A stretch of 32,000 nucleotides of DNA, from contig NC_006576.1 in the NCBI RefSeq assembly GCF_000010065.1, forward strand, positions 630,001-662,000, given 5' to 3'. This document shows positions 27,566-32,000 of this stretch, piece after piece; within the stretch, counting starts at the first letter, position 1; every line of letters starts with the position of its first letter. The position numbers and the translations under genes were made by a program. The notes beneath the pieces were generated by a model. The model was given only the letters and a program-made list of their open reading frames with translations. It did no database searches and had not been told where the DNA came from. Source of the DNA: Synechococcus elongatus PCC 6301 (GTDB taxonomy: Bacteria; Cyanobacteriota; Cyanobacteriia; Synechococcales; Synechococcaceae).

Positions 27566-28540
27566 GTGACGGAATCCGTGCTGCTCTTTGAGCCATCGCT
27601 CTGGAGTGTGATTCAGGTCAGCGATCGCGATCGCCTCACCTTTCTGCACAACCAAAGCACCCAATCTTTTTGGCAGCGACAACCGGGGGAAGCCTGCGAG
27701 ACCGTACTGGTGACGGCGACCGCTCGCATTTTGGATCTGGCGATCGCTGTGATTGATGTGGAAGCAGTGTGGCTGCTCGTTTCGCCCAGTCGCCAAGCGG
27801 ATCTGCTGCAGCGCCTCGATCGCTATATCTTCTTCTCCGATCAAGTCACGGTTGCAGATGCCGATTCGACGCTAGCGGTGCTGACCCTCATCGGGGATAG
27901 CACGCGATCGCTGTTGCAAACAGTAGTGGCAGACGCTTTGCCTGAATTGACGGAGAACCAACACGCCGCGCTGGCAATCGCCGGTCAGTCAGTGCAGTGG
28001 GTCAACTACTCCGGACTGGGGTTGCCCGGCAGTTTGTTGCTGGTGCCTGTCAGTGGCCTAGATGCTGTCCAAGCCGCGCTCCAGGCTGCTGGTGCTCAGC
28101 TCGCCACGGTTGAACAGTGGGAACGGCTACGGATTCAACAAGGACGGCCCGCTGTCGATCGCGAGCTAACAGAGGAGTACAACCCGCTGGAAGCCGGCCT
28201 TTGGCAGACCCTCAGCTTCGACAAAGGCTGCTATATCGGCCAAGAAACGATCGCGAGGCTCAATACCTACAAAGGCGTCAAGCAACGGCTCTACGGTTTA
28301 GCGCTAACAACCCTTCCTAGCCAGTTACCGGCTCCGTTGTTGCTAGAGGGCGAAAAAGTGGGTGTCCTCACCAGTGCGATCGCTACAGCAACCGGCGCGA
28401 TCGGCCTCGGCTATCTGCGTACCAAAGCCGGTGGTGCAGGTTTGACCGTCGACTGCGAAGGTCAACCGGCAATGGTGGTTGATCGGCCTTACTTGCGCCA
28501 CACCTACTTTGAACCGGAATCAGCTAGCGCTGCTCGCTAG
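27566..28540 (+). CDS. YgfZ/GcvT-like folate-binding protein (Fe-S cluster maintenance family)
   Basis: The signature KGCYIGQETIARL and overall aminomethyltransferase-like pattern. The start is uncertain: GTG 27566 is chosen, and GTG 27506 would overlap the upstream gene by 29 nt. Confidence 0.85.
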   Translation: MTESVLLFEPSLWSVIQVSDRDRLTFLHNQSTQSFWQRQPGEACETVLVTATARILDLAIAVIDVEAVWLLVSPSRQADLLQRLDRYIFFSDQVTVADADSTLAVLTLIGDSTRSLLQTVVADALPELTENQHAALAIAGQSVQWVNYSGLGLPGSLLLVPVSGLDAVQAALQAAGAQLATVEQWERLRIQQGRPAVDRELTEEYNPLEAGLWQTLSFDKGCYIGQETIARLNTYKGVKQRLYGLALTTLPSQLPAPLLLEGEKVGVLTSAIATATGAIGLGYLRTKAGGAGLTVDCEGQPAMVVDRPYLRHTYFEPESASAAR

Positions 28541-28597
28541 AGCGATCGCCAGTCAGGCGCTAGGCTATGGAGCGTTGCGCGTCTTTCCACTGAGGTC

Positions 28598-29062
28598 ATG
28601 GCCTTCTGGTTACTCAAGTCTGAGCCTGATGTCTATGGCATTGCTGATCTCGAACGCGAGGGTGAAACCCTCTGGGATGGCGTGCGCAATTATCAAGCGC
28701 GCAACTTCCTGCGCCAAATGGCAGTGGGCGATCGTGCTTTTTTCTACCACTCCAACACCAAGCCACCGGGCATTGTCGGCCTGATGACAGTGAGCGCCAC
28801 GGAGCAAGTCGATCCCAGCCAGTTTGATCCCGATAGTGATTACTACGATCCGCGATCGCAAGCGGATAACCCGACTTGGATCACCGTCAAGTTGATCTTT
28901 GGCGATCGCTTTCAACCAGGTTTGACGCTCGCAGAATTACGGGCTGAATTCACCACCGAAGACTTGCTGATTCTGCGCCCGGGCAATCGGCTCTCAGTCA
29001 CGCCGGTCGAGGAAGACGTGGCGGAACGGCTTCTACAACGCTTGCGATCGCCGGCAATTTAA
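28598..29062 (+). CDS. EVE-domain (PUA-like fold, DUF55/THYN1-like) protein
   Basis: MAFWLLKSEPDVY..., WDGVRNYQARNFLRQM and GDRAFFYHSN are the canonical EVE-domain N-terminal motifs. A GAGG SD lies 4 nt before the ATG. Confidence 0.9.
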   Translation: MAFWLLKSEPDVYGIADLEREGETLWDGVRNYQARNFLRQMAVGDRAFFYHSNTKPPGIVGLMTVSATEQVDPSQFDPDSDYYDPRSQADNPTWITVKLIFGDRFQPGLTLAELRAEFTTEDLLILRPGNRLSVTPVEEDVAERLLQRLRSPAI

Positions 29063-29185
29063 AAAGCTGCAGGAAATCTGCGATCGCGGGCATCAACGGT
29101 TGCAAATTTCTGCATCTAGACGCTGCAGGGCTGGTTTTCGCAGCAAGACTTGCTAGCCTCTGAGCAATTAGGGAGGAAGACGATT

Positions 29186-29977
29186 ATGGGCTATCGACTC
29201 AGCGCGACCCGCCTTCAGACCTATCATCGCTGTGCCCAGGCCTACTACTGGCGCTATGAGCAGCGGCTGCCTGGCCCTGCCGGTTTTGGAAACACAGCAC
29301 TGGGCACCAGTCTTCATCGCTGTTTGGCGCAGTTTCATCGCGACTGGTCAGGACTGGAACCCCAACCGCCGATCGCTTGGCTGGCAGACTGCTGGCAACA
29401 GGCCGCGACCGCTCTCAATGCCGAACAACAGCATCAGGGCTGGCAAATTCTAGAGACTTACTACCAGCAACATATCCTGACAAAAGCAACTTGGACCCGC
29501 CCTTTAGCAGTCGAAGGTCGGATTCAAGCCACCCTTGTTTTAGAAGAAATTGAGTTTTTAGTCACGGGTCGCTACGACCGTTTAGATTTGGAAGAAGATG
29601 GCTTGCACTTGGTTGATTACAAATCAAGTCAGCGCTTTGATCCGCCCTCATCTAGCCAGATCGATGTGCAGTTAGGACTCTACCAATTGGCACTAGAACC
29701 CCGCTTTGGACCCCTGAGGAGCTTGAATTGGTTCCATCTTCGCAGTGGCCAAATCTATCGCTATAACTGCACAGAAGAGCAACGCCAAACTGTCCTTGCT
29801 CAGATTAGTGAGTTGGCGCGACAGATTCGCTCTGATCAGCAATGGCAACCGCAGGTGGGTGAGCAATGTCGCAGTTGTAGCTATCGACGCTTTTGCCCAG
29901 CAGTCAATGCTCAAGCTGAACCGTTGCCTGAGCCGACTCATCGTCCCCATCGCTTGCAATTAGCCTTAGCGCTCTAA
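29186..29977 (+). CDS. PD-(D/E)XK nuclease with Cas4/AddB-type 4-Cys iron-sulfur cluster motif
   Basis: SATRLQTYHRC (Cys1), GRYDRLD (motif II), LVDYKSS (motif III, D-x-K), QLGLYQLAL (QxxxY), and a C-terminal CRSCSYRRFC (C-x2-C-x5-C). A strong SD GGGAGGAAG lies before ATG 29186. Confidence 0.85.
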   Translation: MGYRLSATRLQTYHRCAQAYYWRYEQRLPGPAGFGNTALGTSLHRCLAQFHRDWSGLEPQPPIAWLADCWQQAATALNAEQQHQGWQILETYYQQHILTKATWTRPLAVEGRIQATLVLEEIEFLVTGRYDRLDLEEDGLHLVDYKSSQRFDPPSSSQIDVQLGLYQLALEPRFGPLRSLNWFHLRSGQIYRYNCTEEQRQTVLAQISELARQIRSDQQWQPQVGEQCRSCSYRRFCPAVNAQAEPLPEPTHRPHRLQLALAL

Positions 29978-30120
29978 AGCCTTTGGGACGAGCCATCAGC
30001 TCAATTAAGTGCTGTTGGAATTACGAGGTTTCTGGATCAATGGTGGCAGCGTGAGCCAGGCTTTCATACTCAGTAGCCCTCTAGCGGCACGCTATTCTCT
30101 TGTGGCGTGACCTCAAGACT

Positions 30121-30987
30121 TCACTGCAGGCGCATGCTGATGTCGAGCCAAGGCGATCGCGTGATCGGGGCACTGCTGGAAATGTAATCCACGCCAGTTT
30201 CCGCGATCGCTCGGATATTTTCGAGACTGATGTTGCTAGAAACTTCAATCTTGGTGCGGGGAGCACGATCGCGAATGACTTGAACAGCGGCTTGGACTTG
30301 GGCAAGATTCATGTTGTCGAGCATGATCACCCCGACGCCTGCGGAGATAGCTTCCATCACCTGCCCAAGGGTCTCGGTTTCGACCTCAATAATTAACGGG
30401 AATGGGAGTTGCGATCGCAACTTTTTGATCGCTGCCGCAATACTGCCCCCCGCCGCTGCAATGTGATTGTCTTTCACCATGACGGCATCATCTAAGCCGA
30501 GACGGTGATTCGTACCACCGCCGACTCGAGTGGCGTACTTCTCAAGTAACCGCAGACCTGGCGTTGTTTTGCGCGTATCGACAAACTGAGTCGGTAAATC
30601 AGCCAGCTGATCGACAAAGCGACGGGTTGCTGTGGCCACCCCGCTTAGCCGCATCGCCACATTAAGAGCCGCCCGCTCACCACTGAGCAGTGAAGCCAGA
30701 GGGCCTTCCAACTCAGCAATCACTTGGCCGCTACCGCACGCAAAGCCTTCGGCCAGCTTGGCTGTGCACTTCACCTGCGGATCGAGCAACTGCAACATCC
30801 GAAAGGCGATCGGTAAGCCTGCGATGATACCCTCACTTTTGGCAACCCAAGTCGCCTTGCCGGTCGTACCCTCCAGCCCTAAACCTTGGGCTGAGTGATC
30901 ACCACGTCCCAAATCTTCGCGCGACCAGTCAGACAGAATCGGGTCGAGCAGGATCCAAGGGGGCAACATGGGGACGATCGCAAACAC
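30121..30987 (-). CDS. nadC: Nicotinate-nucleotide pyrophosphorylase (quinolinate phosphoribosyltransferase)
   Basis: A typical type II QPRTase pattern: TRKTTPGLR, HRLGLDDAVMVKDNH, IEVE and MLDNM. Confidence 0.96.
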   Translation of the reverse strand: MFAIVPMLPPWILLDPILSDWSREDLGRGDHSAQGLGLEGTTGKATWVAKSEGIIAGLPIAFRMLQLLDPQVKCTAKLAEGFACGSGQVIAELEGPLASLLSGERAALNVAMRLSGVATATRRFVDQLADLPTQFVDTRKTTPGLRLLEKYATRVGGGTNHRLGLDDAVMVKDNHIAAAGGSIAAAIKKLRSQLPFPLIIEVETETLGQVMEAISAGVGVIMLDNMNLAQVQAAVQVIRDRAPRTKIEVSSNISLENIRAIAETGVDYISSSAPITRSPWLDISMRLQ

Positions 30988-31068
30988 CGCCTTTTATTGT
31001 CTCCCGCTTTGGAGTCCTAGGAGCAGGTCTGCTACAACGGCAGTGACGGTCTGCTCTGGGGCTTGTTG

Positions 31069-32000
31069 ATGCCGTTCTTGCGTTGTGGGTTGACTCGCTG
31101 GCGATCGCTGCGGCTATTGCCCCTGCTACTCACCCTATTCATCGTCCTTGCGCTCGGCGGGCTCGGAACAGGAACCCAGCGATCAGCCGCTGCGGATTCG
31201 ACCGTTGTGCTGCGAGCGCTGCTACCCGCACCGTTTCGAGAGGCGATGCAACCGGCGATCGCTCGTTTTACGGCTGAACATCCTGAAATTCAGCTGGAAT
31301 TGGTGGCGGGGCCAAATGACACCAGCCTGGTGTCCGACCTCTACACCACCGCTTTTTTGCTTGGGAATGCACCCTACGATTTGGTCTTTCTGGATGTGAC
31401 TTGGCTGCCAAAATTTGTTGCCGCCGGTTGGTTGCTGGATCTGAGCGATCGCGTTTTGCCTGAAATCCAAGCCGAATTTTTGCCCGCAGCTCTGAATGGC
31501 AGTTTTTATCGCGATCGCCTCTATCGCCTGCCTTTGAATGCGGCGGTTGGGCTGCTTTACTACCGGCAGGACTTGATGCCCGAGCCGCCCCAAACTTTCA
31601 CGGAGCTGGTGCAGCGATCGCAACAACTGCAAGCGCAGGGAGTCGTGCCTTGGGGCTACGTTTGGCAGGGCAAACAGTACGAGGGCTTAGTCTGCAACTT
31701 TCTAGAAGTGCTGGCGGGCTTTGGCGGCTACTGGATTGATCCACAAACCGGCGAGGTTGGATTGGATCATCCCGAAGCGATCGCGGCGGCGGATTGGCTG
31801 CACAGCACGATCACCGACCAGATTTCGCCCGCGGGGGTCAGCACCTTTCAGGAGAATGAAGCACTCAAGCTGTTTGAAACCGGTCAGAGTGCCTTTATGC
31901 GCAACTGGCCCTATGCGGAAATGCTGCTGGAGCGACCGGAATCGGCAGTGCGGGGCAAGGTCGGGATTGCGCCGATGGTCCATGCGCCCGGCCAAACCAG
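31069..32000 (+). CDS. ABC transporter extracellular solute-binding protein (family 1, sugar type), 3'-truncated by the window edge
   Basis: The frame is open from ATG 31069 to the end of the window, so it is absent from the ORF track. It has a signal peptide MPFLRCGLTRWRSLRLLPLLLTLFIVLALGG. DVTWLPKFVAAGWLLDL, YYRQDL and FMRNWPY are typical of carbohydrate-binding proteins. Confidence 0.85.
   Translation, partial: MPFLRCGLTRWRSLRLLPLLLTLFIVLALGGLGTGTQRSAAADSTVVLRALLPAPFREAMQPAIARFTAEHPEIQLELVAGPNDTSLVSDLYTTAFLLGNAPYDLVFLDVTWLPKFVAAGWLLDLSDRVLPEIQAEFLPAALNGSFYRDRLYRLPLNAAVGLLYYRQDLMPEPPQTFTELVQRSQQLQAQGVVPWGYVWQGKQYEGLVCNFLEVLAGFGGYWIDPQTGEVGLDHPEAIAAADWLHSTITDQISPAGVSTFQENEALKLFETGQSAFMRNWPYAEMLLERPESAVRGKVGIAPMVHAPGQT

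Noticed and set aside
30081-30396. Small ORFs (74 aa minus, 98 aa plus) around the nadC 3' end, and weak inverted repeats in 29978-30120.
   Set aside because: They overlap nadC or sit in the short convergent spacer. The stems are only 5 bp with long loops and lack a U-tract, so I make no terminator or gene call.

Overview
This is a gene-dense cyanobacterial chromosome segment of about 55% GC. It is saturated with the HIP1 octamer GCGATCGC: I counted roughly 100 copies by eye, not by machine. That density, a CpcD-domain petH, prk and a tmRNA with an ANNIV-type tag fit a Synechococcus elongatus-like genome. I cannot run a search to confirm this.

Gene order:
- HerA-like ATPase (5'-truncated), tmRNA (ssrA), LysE-type exporter, DinB-family protein, small ORF
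- petH(-), prk(+), DHH-CBS-nucleotidyltransferase fusion(-), rsmH, UDP-glucose dehydrogenase, ridA(-)
- Rho_N/DUF4912 protein, CrtI-family oxidoreductase(-), Tat-exported dienelactone hydrolase, hemC(-), hypothetical
- cysQ-like pAp phosphatase(-), secreted Pro-rich protein(-), alkyltransferase-like (ATL) protein, rsmB, LCP-family protein(-)
- MalK-like ABC ATPase(-), obgE, purN, cobO(-), His-rich COG0523 GTPase(-), hypothetical, YgfZ-like folate protein
- EVE-domain protein, Cas4/AddB-like Fe-S PD-(D/E)XK nuclease, nadC(-), sugar-binding protein (3'-truncated)

I see no transposases, integrases, CRISPR array, rRNA or tRNA genes, and no compositional island. This reads as a core housekeeping region, not an accessory one.

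The most plausible candidates for an uncharacterised system are:
- the adjacent EVE reader and Fe-S nuclease pair (28.6-30.0 kb)
- the HerA-family ATPase at the left edge, whose partner genes lie outside the window
- the DHH-CBS-poly(A)/CCA nucleotidyltransferase fusion
- the COG0523-cobO operon with a perfect palindrome upstream

All functional calls rest on motif recognition from the translated ORFs. None is verified by a database search.
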